From Gemmatimonadales bacterium (GTDB lineage: Bacteria; Gemmatimonadota; Gemmatimonadetes; Gemmatimonadales; GWC2-71-9): a DNA stretch of 33,651 bases. Below, one piece after another: positions 1 through 9,763 of this stretch (its first letter is position 1; each line of letters starts with the position of its first letter). The position numbers and the translations under genes were made by a program. The notes beneath the pieces are model-generated. The model did not search any database, was not told the origin of the DNA, and was given only the letters and a program-made list of their open reading frames with translations. Where the stretch lies: positions 1-33,651 of the forward strand of contig DATHRW010000428.1 of NCBI GenBank assembly GCA_035464955.1. Reading direction: 5' to 3'.

Positions 1-1
1 C

Positions 2-478
2 CGAGCCAAGGGCATCGCGAAAGCGGAGAAGCGGAGCGGGCGAAGCGCTGCCGAAGGGATCGTGGTGACCTACATTCACCACAACCAGCAGGTCGGGGTG
101 CTGCTCGAGCTCAACTGCGAGACCGATTTCGTGGCCCGAACCGATGACTTCCAGGCCCTCGGCCGCGATCTGGCGCTGCATGTGGCCTCCGCGGACCCGA
201 TCGGCATCACGGCCACCGACATCCCGGCGGACATGCTGGACCGGGAGCGGCGCATCGCCGAAGAGCAGGTGGCGGCCGATGGAAAGCCGGAACACATCCG
301 GCCCAAGATCGTGGAGGGAAAGCTCAAGAAATTCGTGGCGGAGCGGACCCTACTCGACCAGCCGTTCGTGAAAGACGATTCGAAGACGGTGGGCGACCTG
401 ATCAAGGAGGTCGCCGGGACGCTGGGCGAGGCGATCGCGGTCCGACGATTCGCGCGGTTCAAAGTCGGAGAAGAGTAG
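2..478 (+). CDS. tsf: Elongation factor Ts, 5'-truncated by the window edge
   Basis: The frame is open from base 2 (RAKGIAKAEKRSGRSAAEGIVVTYIHHNQQVGVLLELNCETDFVARTDDF...). The NCETDFVAR core and the C-terminal LLDQPFVKD...RFARFKVGE are typical of EF-Ts. The stop TAG is at 476-478. Confidence 0.9.
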   Translation, partial: RAKGIAKAEKRSGRSAAEGIVVTYIHHNQQVGVLLELNCETDFVARTDDFQALGRDLALHVASADPIGITATDIPADMLDRERRIAEEQVAADGKPEHIRPKIVEGKLKKFVAERTLLDQPFVKDDSKTVGDLIKEVAGTLGEAIAVRRFARFKVGEE

Positions 479-1185
479 TGGCCGCCTACCGCCGTGCCCT
501 GCTCAAACTCTCCGGTGAAGCGCTGGCCGGGGCGCGCGGTGTAGGGCTGGATTTCGACGCGGTGGGAGCGCTTGCCGATGAGATCGGGCGCGTCGGTGCT
601 GCAGGCCTCGCGCTCGGCGTGGTGGTTGGGGGCGGCAACATCATTCGCGGCGCCGCGGCGAGCGCGGCGGGCCTCGACCGGGTCAACGCCGACTACATGG
701 GCATGCTTGCCACGGTCATCAATGCGCTCGCCATGCAGGACACGCTGGAAAAGCGCGGGGTCCATACCCGCGTCATGACCGCCATTCGGATGGAATCGCT
801 GGCCGAGCCCTACATACGCCGCCGAGCGTTGCGGCACATGGAGAAAGGCCGCATCGTGCTCTTTGCCGGTGGCACCGGCAACCCGTTCTTCTCGACCGAC
901 ACCGCGGCGGTCCTGCGGGCCCTGGAAATGGAGGCGGAGGTCATCCTCAAGGCCACCAACGTGGACGGGGTCTTTACCAGCGATCCCAAGGTCAATCCGG
1001 ATGCCACGTTCCTTCCGGAACTGTCCTTTCACGATGCGCTGGTCAAGGGGTACGAGGTCATGGACGCGAATGCCTTCGGTCTGTGCAAGGCAAACCGCTT
1101 ACCGATCGTAGTGTTCAACATCAAGGAACCCGACGCCATCATGCGGACGCTGAAGGGCGAGCGGGTGGGGACGTTGGTGTCATGA
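478..1185 (+). CDS. pyrH: UMP kinase
   Basis: 235 aa. It has the LLKLSGEAL N-terminus, VVGGGNI.RG, and the FAGGTGNPFFSTDTAA motif of the amino-acid kinase/UMP kinase family. The GTG start overlaps the tsf stop by 1 nt, and tsf-pyrH-frr synteny is conserved. Confidence 0.93.
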   Translation: MAAYRRALLKLSGEALAGARGVGLDFDAVGALADEIGRVGAAGLALGVVVGGGNIIRGAAASAAGLDRVNADYMGMLATVINALAMQDTLEKRGVHTRVMTAIRMESLAEPYIRRRALRHMEKGRIVLFAGGTGNPFFSTDTAAVLRALEMEAEVILKATNVDGVFTSDPKVNPDATFLPELSFHDALVKGYEVMDANAFGLCKANRLPIVVFNIKEPDAIMRTLKGERVGTLVS

Positions 1186-1736
1186 ATGCGATACCGGATT
1201 TGATCAAGAACGCCCGCGAGCTCATGGACAAGGCGGTTGCGAACACGAAACGGGAGCTCGCCACCATTCGCAGCAGCAAAGCGACGACCTCCCTGCTCGA
1301 TCTGGTCAAGGTCGACGCGTATGGCAATACCATGCCGCTCAATCAGGTGGCCATGGTCGCGGCCCCGGAAGCGCGGCTGCTGACCGTCCAGCCGTTCGAC
1401 AAGTCGCTGGTGCCCGCGGTGGAAAAGGCGATCCGCGAGGCCGACCTCGGTCTCAATCCCTCGACCCAGGGCGGGTTGATCCGGGTGCCGCTGCCGGCCT
1501 TGTCCGAGGAACGGCGTAAGGAACTGGTCCGGCTGGTCCACAAGCTCGCCGAAGAGGGAAAGGTGGCTATCCGGCACGCGCGCGGTGACTCCATCTCCAA
1601 GATCAAGAAGCTCGAGCACGTGTCCGATGACGACAAGGCGCGCGCCGAGAAAGACGTGCAGAAACACACCAACGAGCACACCGAGCTGATCGACTCATTG
1701 GTGCAGGGCAAAGAAGCCGAAATCATGGAAGTCTAG
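1182..1736 (+). CDS. frr: Ribosome recycling factor
   Basis: An internal ATG at 1182 (MNAIPDLIKNARELMDKAV...) forms an ATGA overlap with the pyrH stop. 184 aa, with LNPSTQGGLIRVPLPALSEERRKELVR typical of RRF. The ORF-track extension back to 1083 lies inside pyrH. Confidence 0.92.
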   Translation: MNAIPDLIKNARELMDKAVANTKRELATIRSSKATTSLLDLVKVDAYGNTMPLNQVAMVAAPEARLLTVQPFDKSLVPAVEKAIREADLGLNPSTQGGLIRVPLPALSEERRKELVRLVHKLAEEGKVAIRHARGDSISKIKKLEHVSDDDKARAEKDVQKHTNEHTELIDSLVQGKEAEIMEV

Positions 1737-1741
1737 GGTCG

Positions 1742-2482
1742 ATGACCGAGGATGCGCTCCGTCAACTCACGGTGAACGGCGCGGTGCCCGCGCACATAGC
1801 CATCATTATGGACGGCAACGGTCGCTGGGCCACCGAACGGGCCCTGCCCAGGCCGTTGGGCCATCGCGCCGGAATGAAGGCCGTGCGGGAGGTGGTGGAA
1901 GGGGCACTCGAAGCGGGCGTCAAGGTCCTGACGCTCTTTGCCTTCAGTCAAGAGAACTGGAAGCGACCGCCGGACGAAATCCAGGCCCTGATGTCGCTCC
2001 TCGAGCACTACATCGCCAAGGAGCTGGACGAGCTGCGCAAGAACGGCGTGGCCGTGTCGGTGATCGGCGAGGTCGCCCGGTTGGGCGCGCCGGCGCGAGC
2101 GGCGGTCGATCGGATCGTGACCGAGACTACAGGCGGCAAGGCGCTCGCCCTCAATCTGTGCATCTCGTACGGCTCGCGAGCGGAGATCACCGAGGCCGCC
2201 CGCCGCATGGCGGAAGACGTCGCCACCGGACGACTCGCTCCAGCCGACATCACGGAGGAGCGCTTTGCCCAGCACCTCCAAACCGCCCGCTGGCCCGATC
2301 CCGATCTCCTGATTCGAACGTCCGGCGAACTCCGGCTTTCGAATTTTCTCCTCTGGCAGCTGGCGTATGCCGAGCTCTACATCACGCCCAAGCTCTGGCC
2401 CGACTTCACCCGACACGATCTCTTCGACGCCATCCTGGAGTTCCAACGGCGCGATCGGCGGTTCGGTCGCGTCACCGTGTGA
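1742..2482 (+). CDS. uppS: Undecaprenyl diphosphate synthase (cis-prenyltransferase)
   Basis: 246 aa. It carries the HIAIIMDGNGRWA and RTSGELRLSNFLLWQLAYAELY signature motifs. Confidence 0.93.
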   Translation: MTEDALRQLTVNGAVPAHIAIIMDGNGRWATERALPRPLGHRAGMKAVREVVEGALEAGVKVLTLFAFSQENWKRPPDEIQALMSLLEHYIAKELDELRKNGVAVSVIGEVARLGAPARAAVDRIVTETTGGKALALNLCISYGSRAEITEAARRMAEDVATGRLAPADITEERFAQHLQTARWPDPDLLIRTSGELRLSNFLLWQLAYAELYITPKLWPDFTRHDLFDAILEFQRRDRRFGRVTV

Positions 2483-3348
2483 TGGATCGCAATCTCATCC
2501 AACGAATCAGCGTGGTCGTGGTCGCCGTTCCGGTGGCCGTGCTGTTGGTGTACCAAGGTGGTGTTGCGCTGGCCCTGGCACTCGCCGCCGTCGGTTCGCT
2601 CGGCGCCCGGGAGGTCTTCAGCCTGGCGCGCAAGGGTGGGGTGGACGCCGTGCGCAGCCTCGGGCTCGTTGGCGCCGCGGCGCCGTCCTTGGTGGCCTAC
2701 GCTCTGCTGGCCGGTGGCCCCATGAGCAACGTCGGGGCCCGCATCTGGATCGTCACGAGCGCGCTCGTGGTCCTGCTCATTCTCTCCTTCGTGTTGATCA
2801 CCCGCCGCCCCGACCAGAAACCGCTCGCGGCCGCCGCCGTGACCCTGTTCGGCATCGTGTACGCCGGTGTGCTGCCGGCCTTCGTGCTGATCATGAGGCA
2901 TGGCTTCGAGGGCCCGCGATCGTGGCCGGGGGTGGCGCTGGTCTTCTTTCCGCTTGTGATCGTGTGGGTGTGTGACTCCGCGGCCATGTTCGGCGGCCGG
3001 GCAATCGGCGGGCCGAAGCTCGCCCCCACGGTCAGCCCGGGCAAGACGCGCTCGGGGGCGCTGATGGGTGTCGTCGGAGCCGTCGCGGTCGTCCCCCTCT
3101 ATCACGCGATCGTGCTCCGGCCCGCAGGGATCGACATGGTGTGGTGGCACGGCCTCCTGCTCGGCGCGATCCTCGGCGTGGTCGGACAGATCGGCGACCT
3201 GGTCGAATCGCTCCTGAAGCGGGAAGCCGGGGTGAAGGATTCCAGCGCGCTCATTCCGGGGCACGGCGGTGTGCTCGACCGGCTGGATTCGCTCTATTTT
3301 GCGCTGCCGGTTGCCACCATGCTGTATCTCAGCTTCGGTGTTCTCTGA
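2482..3348 (+). CDS. cdsA: Phosphatidate cytidylyltransferase (CDP-diglyceride synthase)
   Basis: An internal ATG at 2482 (MDRNLIQRISVVVVAV...) overlaps the uppS stop (TGATG). The protein is a multi-pass membrane protein. The C-terminal signature is ESLLKREAGVKDSSALIPGHGGVLDRLDSL. Confidence 0.88.
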   Translation: MDRNLIQRISVVVVAVPVAVLLVYQGGVALALALAAVGSLGAREVFSLARKGGVDAVRSLGLVGAAAPSLVAYALLAGGPMSNVGARIWIVTSALVVLLILSFVLITRRPDQKPLAAAAVTLFGIVYAGVLPAFVLIMRHGFEGPRSWPGVALVFFPLVIVWVCDSAAMFGGRAIGGPKLAPTVSPGKTRSGALMGVVGAVAVVPLYHAIVLRPAGIDMVWWHGLLLGAILGVVGQIGDLVESLLKREAGVKDSSALIPGHGGVLDRLDSLYFALPVATMLYLSFGVL

Positions 3349-4460
3349 TGCGCGGCGTTGCCGTGCTGGGCTCGACCGGTTCAATCGGGCGGAGCACCCT
3401 GGAAGTGCTGCGTCGCCAGCGCGATCACTTCCGACTCGTGGCGCTCACGGCCGGACGGAACCGCGAGTTACTGGAAGGACAGGTGCGGGAATGGAAGCCG
3501 GCGTTCGCCGGGCTGGTCCAGGAGAACGGCCCGAACGGCCCGGCCCGACCCGAGGTCCTCATCGAGGCGGCCACGCGGCCGGACGTCGACATCGTGGTCA
3601 ACGCCGTGGTTGGAGCGGTGGGGCTCGATGCCACCCTGGCGGCCTTGCGCGCAGGCAAGCGGGTGGCGCTCGCCAATAAGGAGACGATGGTGATGGCCGG
3701 CGAGCTGGTGGCTCAGGCCGCGGCGGCGGGCGGTGGCGAAGTCGTGCCGGTGGACTCCGAGCACAACGCGGTCCTCCAGTGTATCACGGGACAGGAGCAG
3801 ACGCTCTGCCGGCTGATCTTGACCGCGTCCGGGGGACCGTTCCGCGAGTGGCCGGCCGACCAGCTGCAGCATGCCAGCGTGGAGGACGCCCTGTGCCACC
3901 CAACGTGGAAGATGGGAGACAAGATCACCGTCGACAGTGCGACCCTGGTCAACAAGGCGTTGGAGTTGATTGAAGCACACTATCTGTTCGGCCTGTCCTA
4001 CGACGCGCTCGAAGTGGTGGTCCACCCGCAAAGCATCATCCATGCCTTCGTCGAGTTCCAGGATGGCAGCGTCATCGCACAACTTGGGTTCCCCTCCATG
4101 GAGCTACCGATTCTCTACGCCCTCACCCACCCGACCAGGCTGGCCGATTCGGGAACGCGCCGTTTCGATCCCGTCGCCGCCGGCCCACTGACCTTCGAGC
4201 CTGTCCGGTTGGACGCGTTCGGCGCGTTTCGCGCCGGCGTCGCGGCTGGACGAGCGGGTGGAACCGCTCCGGCCGTGTTCAATGCGGCGAATGAAGTGGC
4301 CGTCGAGGCGTTCCTGGACCGGCGCCTGGGGTTTGCCCAGATCGGCGACCTGATTGAGCACGTCTTGGAGGGTCACCGCGTGGTGCCGGCTGACTCGATC
4401 GACGCCGTGCGGTCCGCGGATGACTGGGCCCGAGCCCGGGTGCGGGAGTTGATTCGATGA
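3348..4460 (+). CDS. dxr: 1-deoxy-D-xylulose 5-phosphate reductoisomerase
   Basis: An internal ATG at 3348 (MRGVAVLGSTGSIGRSTLEVL) overlaps the cdsA stop. 370 aa, with LANKE, VDSEH and HPTWKMG.KITVDSATL.NK motifs. Confidence 0.92.
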   Translation: MRGVAVLGSTGSIGRSTLEVLRRQRDHFRLVALTAGRNRELLEGQVREWKPAFAGLVQENGPNGPARPEVLIEAATRPDVDIVVNAVVGAVGLDATLAALRAGKRVALANKETMVMAGELVAQAAAAGGGEVVPVDSEHNAVLQCITGQEQTLCRLILTASGGPFREWPADQLQHASVEDALCHPTWKMGDKITVDSATLVNKALELIEAHYLFGLSYDALEVVVHPQSIIHAFVEFQDGSVIAQLGFPSMELPILYALTHPTRLADSGTRRFDPVAAGPLTFEPVRLDAFGAFRAGVAAGRAGGTAPAVFNAANEVAVEAFLDRRLGFAQIGDLIEHVLEGHRVVPADSIDAVRSADDWARARVRELIR

Positions 4461-5839
4461 GCGCGCTGTACGCGGTCGGCGCCCTCGTGGTGGTGCTCGG
4501 TGTCTTGGTCTTCGTTCATGAGGCCGGCCACTTCGTGGCGGCCAAACTGGCCGGCATCTTCGTGCATCGGTTCTCATTGGGACTCGGCACCCCGGTGCCG
4601 TGGCTCACCTTCCGGCGCGGCGGGACCGAGTACTCGGTCTCCTGGTTGCCGCTCGGCGGGTATGTGAAGATGGCCACCAAGGAAGAGGACGCGACCAGCA
4701 GCGCCTTGGAGGGCGGGGCGGCCGAGGTCGAGGTGCCCCCGGACGGCTACTTCGAGTCCAAACCCGTCTGGGTCCGGATGGTGGTCATCCTTGCGGGCGT
4801 GGTGATGAACGCGCTCTTCGCCTGGGCCGCCTTCTCCTTCCTGGTGGCCAAGAACGGGATCGGGGTAAACCCCGTGACCACGGTGGGCCAGGTGGTGGAT
4901 AGTCTGCTCCCGCCCAAGGGCGCACCCCTGAAGCAGCTCCAAAGCGGCGACCGGATCGTCGCGGTGGCCGGAGAGCCGGTGGCGAGTTGGAACGAGGTCG
5001 TCGAGCGCATCGGATCAGCGCCCGGCGATTCAGTTGTCATCGACGTCGCCGGCAAGCCGTCCATCGTCCTGGCCATCCACCACGACGCGCTCGATGCTCG
5101 CCTTCGCACGGCCATGGCCCTCCAGCCCTGGCAGCCGTCGGTGGTCGGTGACGTCCTGCCGGACCGCCCAGCCGCGGGTGCCGGACTGACTTCCGGCGAT
5201 ACCATCTTGGCGATCGGCGGCAAGGACGTGCGCCAGTGGGGCGAAGTGGTCGAGGTCATCGAGCAAAACGCCGGCAACGAGCTCGACCTCCTCATCGGCC
5301 GGGCTGGAAACCGGATTCGCGCCACCGCCACGCCTGCCCCGGAAGAGGTGACGGATCCGGACGGCACCACCCGCACGGTCGGAAAACTGGGCTTCCGGTT
5401 TCAGCCCCTGATCGAGTACCGGGAGCTCTCGTTTGGTGGCGCGCTCGTCGCCGGGTGGGACGAGATGGTGAATCAGTCGACGCTCGTGGTCCGCACCGTG
5501 CGGGGCATGTTCTCCGGCCGGGTGTCGAGCCGTGAGGTGGGCGGGCCGATCCTGATCGGCCAGATCGCCGGCCAGGCTGCCCGGCTCGGCTTCGACCAAT
5601 TCCTGTTCTTCATGGGAATCATCTCGATCAACCTGGCGGTGCTCAATTTACTTCCCATACCCGTCCTCGACGGCGGCCAGTTCCTCTTCCTCCTGGCCGA
5701 GGGCGTCTTGCGCCGGCCCTTGTCGCTGAAGCTGCGGGAGCGCCTGACGGCGGTTGGGCTGGTGCTGGTGATCACCCTCATGGGGCTCGCCTTCTGGAAC
5801 GACATCTCCCGGCTCCTAACCCGGTACCTGGGCGGATGA
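4457..5839 (+). CDS. rseP: RIP zinc metalloprotease (site-2 protease, M50) with PDZ domains
   Basis: 460 aa. The [10 protein letters not shown] zinc motif sits in TM1, the centre has PDZ-like repeats ([13 protein letters not shown]), and the C-terminus has [11 protein letters not shown]. It forms an ATGA overlap with dxr. Confidence 0.9.
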   Translation: MSALYAVGALVVVLGVLVFVHEAGHFVAAKLAGIFVHRFSLGLGTPVPWLTFRRGGTEYSVSWLPLGGYVKMATKEEDATSSALEGGAAEVEVPPDGYFESKPVWVRMVVILAGVVMNALFAWAAFSFLVAKNGIGVNPVTTVGQVVDSLLPPKGAPLKQLQSGDRIVAVAGEPVASWNEVVERIGSAPGDSVVIDVAGKPSIVLAIHHDALDARLRTAMALQPWQPSVVGDVLPDRPAAGAGLTSGDTILAIGGKDVRQWGEVVEVIEQNAGNELDLLIGRAGNRIRATATPAPEEVTDPDGTTRTVGKLGFRFQPLIEYRELSFGGALVAGWDEMVNQSTLVVRTVRGMFSGRVSSREVGGPILIGQIAGQAARLGFDQFLFFMGIISINLAVLNLLPIPVLDGGQFLFLLAEGVLRRPLSLKLRERLTAVGLVLVITLMGLAFWNDISRLLTRYLGG

Positions 5840-6002
5840 AGCCTGGCGCGGGCGCCTGCGGGGCGTATCGGGCGGTGGGTTGGCCGGGGCCCGGTCGGAC
5901 TCTTGCGACAGGGACGTTGCCGGGGTTAGCTTTCCCAGCTACAACAGATTGCAGATTCACGAGTTGGGTGCCGTTGCCCCGTTACTTTGGAACTACGTCC
6001 GC

Positions 6003-6263
6003 ATGACCTTCGACAAGCAAACCGTGGTCGCCAGCCATCAGAGCCACGATCGCGACACGGGATCGACCAGAGTGCAGGTGGCGCTCCTCACCGAGCGGAT
6101 CAATTCCCTCACGGATCACTTCCGGACCCATCCCAAGGACCACCATAGCCGTCAGGGTCTCTTGAAGATGGTCGGCACGCGCCGCCGTCTCCTGAATTAT
6201 CTCAAGCGAACCGACCTCGTCGGCTACCGCGCCCTCATCGAAGAGCTGGGGTTGCGCCATTAG
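6003..6263 (+). CDS. rpsO: 30S ribosomal protein S15
   Basis: Internal ATG at 6003, 86 aa. [48 protein letters not shown] is a canonical S15 sequence. The upstream extension to 5880 has no S15 similarity. Confidence 0.93.
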   Translation: MTFDKQTVVASHQSHDRDTGSTRVQVALLTERINSLTDHFRTHPKDHHSRQGLLKMVGTRRRLLNYLKRTDLVGYRALIEELGLRH

Positions 6264-6278
6264 TCCGACAGGTTGGCG

Positions 6279-6316
6279 AGGGCGCCCCGACTGAGTACAC
6301 AGGGCGCCCTTTCTTC
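6279..6316 (+). terminator. GC-rich hairpin plus T-tract between rpsO and pnp (terminator/attenuator)
   Basis: AGGGCGCCC (6279-6287) pairs perfectly with GGGCGCCCT (6302-6310) to give a 9-bp stem and 14-nt loop. It is followed by TTTCTTC and lies 16 nt after the rpsO stop. Confidence 0.6.
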
Positions 6317-6348
6317 ATGTCTGTACTCGTCTCCATAAGGTTACATAC

Positions 6349-8430
6349 GTGCATAGGATTGAAACTGAATTCGCCGGCCGGAAGCTCGTCGTCGAGACCG
6401 GCCGGATGGCCAAGCAGGCGGCAGGATCCGCCTATCTCCAGTTCGGCGATACGGCGGTCCTCGCAGCCGTCACCGTCTCGCCAAACGTCTCCTCGCTCCC
6501 GTTCTTTCCCCTCACCGTCGAGTACCGCGAAAAGACCTACGCGGCGGGGAAGATTCCCGGAGGCTTTATCAAACGGGAGGGGCGCCCGTCCGAAAAGGAA
6601 ATCCTCGCCTGCCGGCTCATCGATCGGTCCATTCGTCCGCTCTTTCCGGAAGGCTTCAAGAACGAGATCCAGGTCTTCGTGACGGTGCTGTCCGCGGACC
6701 AGGAGAACGATGCGGACGTGCTCGGGCTGTTGGGCGCCTCGCTGGCGCTCACCATCTCCAACGTGCCGTGGAACGGTCCCATCGCGGGCGTCAGGGTCGG
6801 ACGGGTCGACGGCAATTGGATCTTGAACCCGACCTTCCAGCAGCTGGAAATCTCGGAGCTCGATCTGATCATCAGCGGCAAGGCCGACTCGATCGTCATG
6901 GTCGAAGGCGGCGCGCTGGAGCTAAGCGAGGAGGACGTGATCGGCGCGCTGAAGGTGGCGCAGAAGGGCATCAAGGATCTCGTTGGAATCGTGAACGAGG
7001 TCAGCGCGAAGTGCGCGGTCGAGAAGATGGCCTGGACCAAGCCCACTCCCGACCCGGCCATTGTCGAGCGGGTCCGGGCCGTGGCCGAGGAGCCGATCCG
7101 GCAGGCCATCAACGGCGCGGACAAGGCAACCAGGGCTGCCAACGTCAAGACGGTCAGGGCCGATGTGGCCGCGCGGCTGATCGAGGAATTCCCGGACGCC
7201 GCGCGTGACATCGCGACGGAGCTCGGGGAAATCGAGTACGTCGCCATGCGGGAACAGGTGCTGGAGCAGGGCGAACGCGTGGATGGGCGCAAGCTCGACG
7301 CCGTACGCCCCATCGCAGTCGATGTCGGGCTGCTGCCCCGAACGCATGGATCGGCGCTCTTCACCCGGGGGCAGACCCAGGCCCTGGTCGCCGTTACGCT
7401 TGGGACGGCGGATGACGAACAGCGCATCGATAGCATCGACGTCGCCGGTGAAACGACCAAGTCGTTCATGCTGCACTACAATTTCCCGCCCTTCGCCACG
7501 GGCGAAGTCAAGATGATCCGCGGCACGAGCCGCCGGGAGATCGGGCACGGCACCTTGGCCGAACGAGCGCTCCAACCGCTCCTTCCGAATTACGAGGAAT
7601 TCCCCTACACCCTGCGGATCGTCTCGGAAGTGCTCGAGTCCAATGGGTCGAGCTCCATGGCGACGGTGTGCGGCGGGGCCCTGGCCCTGATGGATGCCGG
7701 CGTGCCGATCAAGGCTCCGTGTGCCGGGGTGGCCATGGGACTGGTCAAGGAAGGCGCCCGGGTTGCCGTGCTCACCGACATTTTGGGCTCGGAAGATCAC
7801 TTGGGCGACATGGACTTCAAGGTTGCGGGCACCGCCGACGGCATCACGTCCATTCAAATGGATATCAAGATCGAAGGCCTCGATCTCAAAGTCATGAAGG
7901 ACGCCCTCGAGCGCGCGCGGAAGGCGCGGGTCCACATCCTCAAGGAAATGGCCAAGACCATCTCCTCGGCGCGGCCTGAGCTGTCGCCCTATGCACCCCG
8001 CATCTTGAGCATCCAGATCAAGCCGGACAAGATCGGCGATCTGATCGGTCCCAAGGGAAAGACCATTCGCGGAATCCAGGATACCACCGGCGCTCGCATC
8101 AACGTGGACGATTCCGGCATGGTGACCGTCTCCTCGGTCGGAGGAGAGGGGGGCGAGAAGGCCCTCGCGATGATCCGCGCGATCGTGACCGAACCCGAGG
8201 TCGGGAAGACCTACGAAGGGCCGGTGAAGAGCACCACGGCGTTCGGTGCCTTCGTCGAGATCCTCCCCGGCGTGGAAGGATTGCTCCACATCAGCGAGCT
8301 CCAACATGCCCGAACCGAACGGACCGAAGACGTCGTGAAGCGCGGCGACGTGGTCAAGGTGAAGCTGCTCGAAGTCGACGAGCGCGGGCGCATGAAGCTC
8401 TCCCGGAAGGCCCTGCTGCCGAAGGAATGA
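6349..8430 (+). CDS. pnp: Polynucleotide phosphorylase
   Basis: 693 aa with a GTG start. It has two RNase PH domains (TGRMAKQAAGS, RTHGSALFTRGQTQ, SNGSSSMA.VCGG), then KH (IGPKGKTIRGIQ) and S1 (GAFVEILPGVEGLLHISEL) domains. Confidence 0.95.
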   Translation: MHRIETEFAGRKLVVETGRMAKQAAGSAYLQFGDTAVLAAVTVSPNVSSLPFFPLTVEYREKTYAAGKIPGGFIKREGRPSEKEILACRLIDRSIRPLFPEGFKNEIQVFVTVLSADQENDADVLGLLGASLALTISNVPWNGPIAGVRVGRVDGNWILNPTFQQLEISELDLIISGKADSIVMVEGGALELSEEDVIGALKVAQKGIKDLVGIVNEVSAKCAVEKMAWTKPTPDPAIVERVRAVAEEPIRQAINGADKATRAANVKTVRADVAARLIEEFPDAARDIATELGEIEYVAMREQVLEQGERVDGRKLDAVRPIAVDVGLLPRTHGSALFTRGQTQALVAVTLGTADDEQRIDSIDVAGETTKSFMLHYNFPPFATGEVKMIRGTSRREIGHGTLAERALQPLLPNYEEFPYTLRIVSEVLESNGSSSMATVCGGALALMDAGVPIKAPCAGVAMGLVKEGARVAVLTDILGSEDHLGDMDFKVAGTADGITSIQMDIKIEGLDLKVMKDALERARKARVHILKEMAKTISSARPELSPYAPRILSIQIKPDKIGDLIGPKGKTIRGIQDTTGARINVDDSGMVTVSSVGGEGGEKALAMIRAIVTEPEVGKTYEGPVKSTTAFGAFVEILPGVEGLLHISELQHARTERTEDVVKRGDVVKVKLLEVDERGRMKLSRKALLPKE

Positions 8431-8434
8431 AGGC

Positions 8435-9703
8435 GTGGAGACCATACAGCTCGACACGGGGCTGTTCCGGACCCGCGCCGCTAATGGCCTGACGGTTCTC
8501 TCCGAGGCCCTGCCCGGGGCGCGCTCCGTGGCGATGGGCATCTGGGTGCGAGCGGCCAGCGCTCACGAGCTGCGGTCCAAGATGGGGGTCTCCCATCTGC
8601 TCGAGCACATGGTCTTCAAAGGCACCGACCAGCGCACGGCCAAGCAAATCGCCCTGGAGCTCGAAGTCCGGGGCGGCTCGCTCGACGCCTATACCAGCCG
8701 AGATCACACCAGCTACCAAGCCCACGTTCTCGACCACGATCTCCCGGTCGCGGTCGAGATCCTGACCGATCTGGTTCGGCACCCCCTGCTCCGAGAGGTG
8801 GACCTGATCCCGGAGCGCAATGTGGTGTTGGAGGAGATCAACGGCGTCATGGATACGCCGGACGACCTGGTGTTCGAGATCCTCGGAGAGGTGCTCTGGC
8901 CCAGCCATCCCTATGGCTTCTCCATCCTCGGCACGGCGGAAACCGTTGGTGGCCTCTCCGCTGAGGATCTCCGGACCCGCCACCAATGGGGTTACTACCC
9001 TGCCAACATGGTCATCGTGGCCGCCGGTCGGGTCGAACACGAGACCATCCTCGAACTCTTGGAGCGGCAGGGGTGGTTCGACGCTCAATCCGAAACCAAG
9101 CCTCGCGACAGCGCGGTGTCGACCCCGGCAGTCCAGGGGGCAACCCGCCAAGCGCACAAGGACACCACCCAAGCGCACGTCGCCTTCGCCACGGACACCT
9201 TTCCGTATGCCAGTCCGCGGCGATATGCCATGACGATCCTGACGAACACGTTCGGTGGCGGGATGTCGAGCCGCCTGTTCCAGCGGATTCGTGAAGAACT
9301 CGGCCTGGCGTACTCGGTGTACGCCTTCCAACAGTTCTACCAGTCATCGGGCACCTGCGGGGTGTACATTGGGACTCAGCCGGGAACGGCCGGGGCGGCC
9401 ATCGACGCTATCCGACGGGAGTACGAGCGCCTCGGGAGTGAAGGGCTGGACTCCCAGGAGACGGAGGATGGCAAGCGCCAGCTCAAGGGACAGGTCATCC
9501 TGTCCCTGGAGACGCCGCAGAGTCGGATGGCGCGGCTGGCCAGCATCGAGCTGCAAGGAGAGCACTACCGCTCGGTCGATGAGGTGCTCCGGACCATCGA
9601 CGCGGTGGAGCGTGACGACCTGGCGGCGCTTGCCGAGGAGTTCTGGGTACCGGACCGCCAGACCATGGTGTGGTTAGGGCCCCACGAGCCGCCAGTAGTG
9701 TGA
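8435..9703 (+). CDS. M16-family (pitrilysin-like) zinc peptidase
   Basis: 422 aa. It has the inverted zinc motif HxxEH in GVSHLLEHMVFKGT and the typical two-lobe M16 length. It directly follows pnp, a common arrangement. Confidence 0.85.
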   Translation: METIQLDTGLFRTRAANGLTVLSEALPGARSVAMGIWVRAASAHELRSKMGVSHLLEHMVFKGTDQRTAKQIALELEVRGGSLDAYTSRDHTSYQAHVLDHDLPVAVEILTDLVRHPLLREVDLIPERNVVLEEINGVMDTPDDLVFEILGEVLWPSHPYGFSILGTAETVGGLSAEDLRTRHQWGYYPANMVIVAAGRVEHETILELLERQGWFDAQSETKPRDSAVSTPAVQGATRQAHKDTTQAHVAFATDTFPYASPRRYAMTILTNTFGGGMSSRLFQRIREELGLAYSVYAFQQFYQSSGTCGVYIGTQPGTAGAAIDAIRREYERLGSEGLDSQETEDGKRQLKGQVILSLETPQSRMARLASIELQGEHYRSVDEVLRTIDAVERDDLAALAEEFWVPDRQTMVWLGPHEPPVV

Positions 9704-9763
9704 AGTAGCTCCCGTGGAAGGTCAATTCATCAGGTGACTCACTTCTTTTCTCGGGGTTGATCG

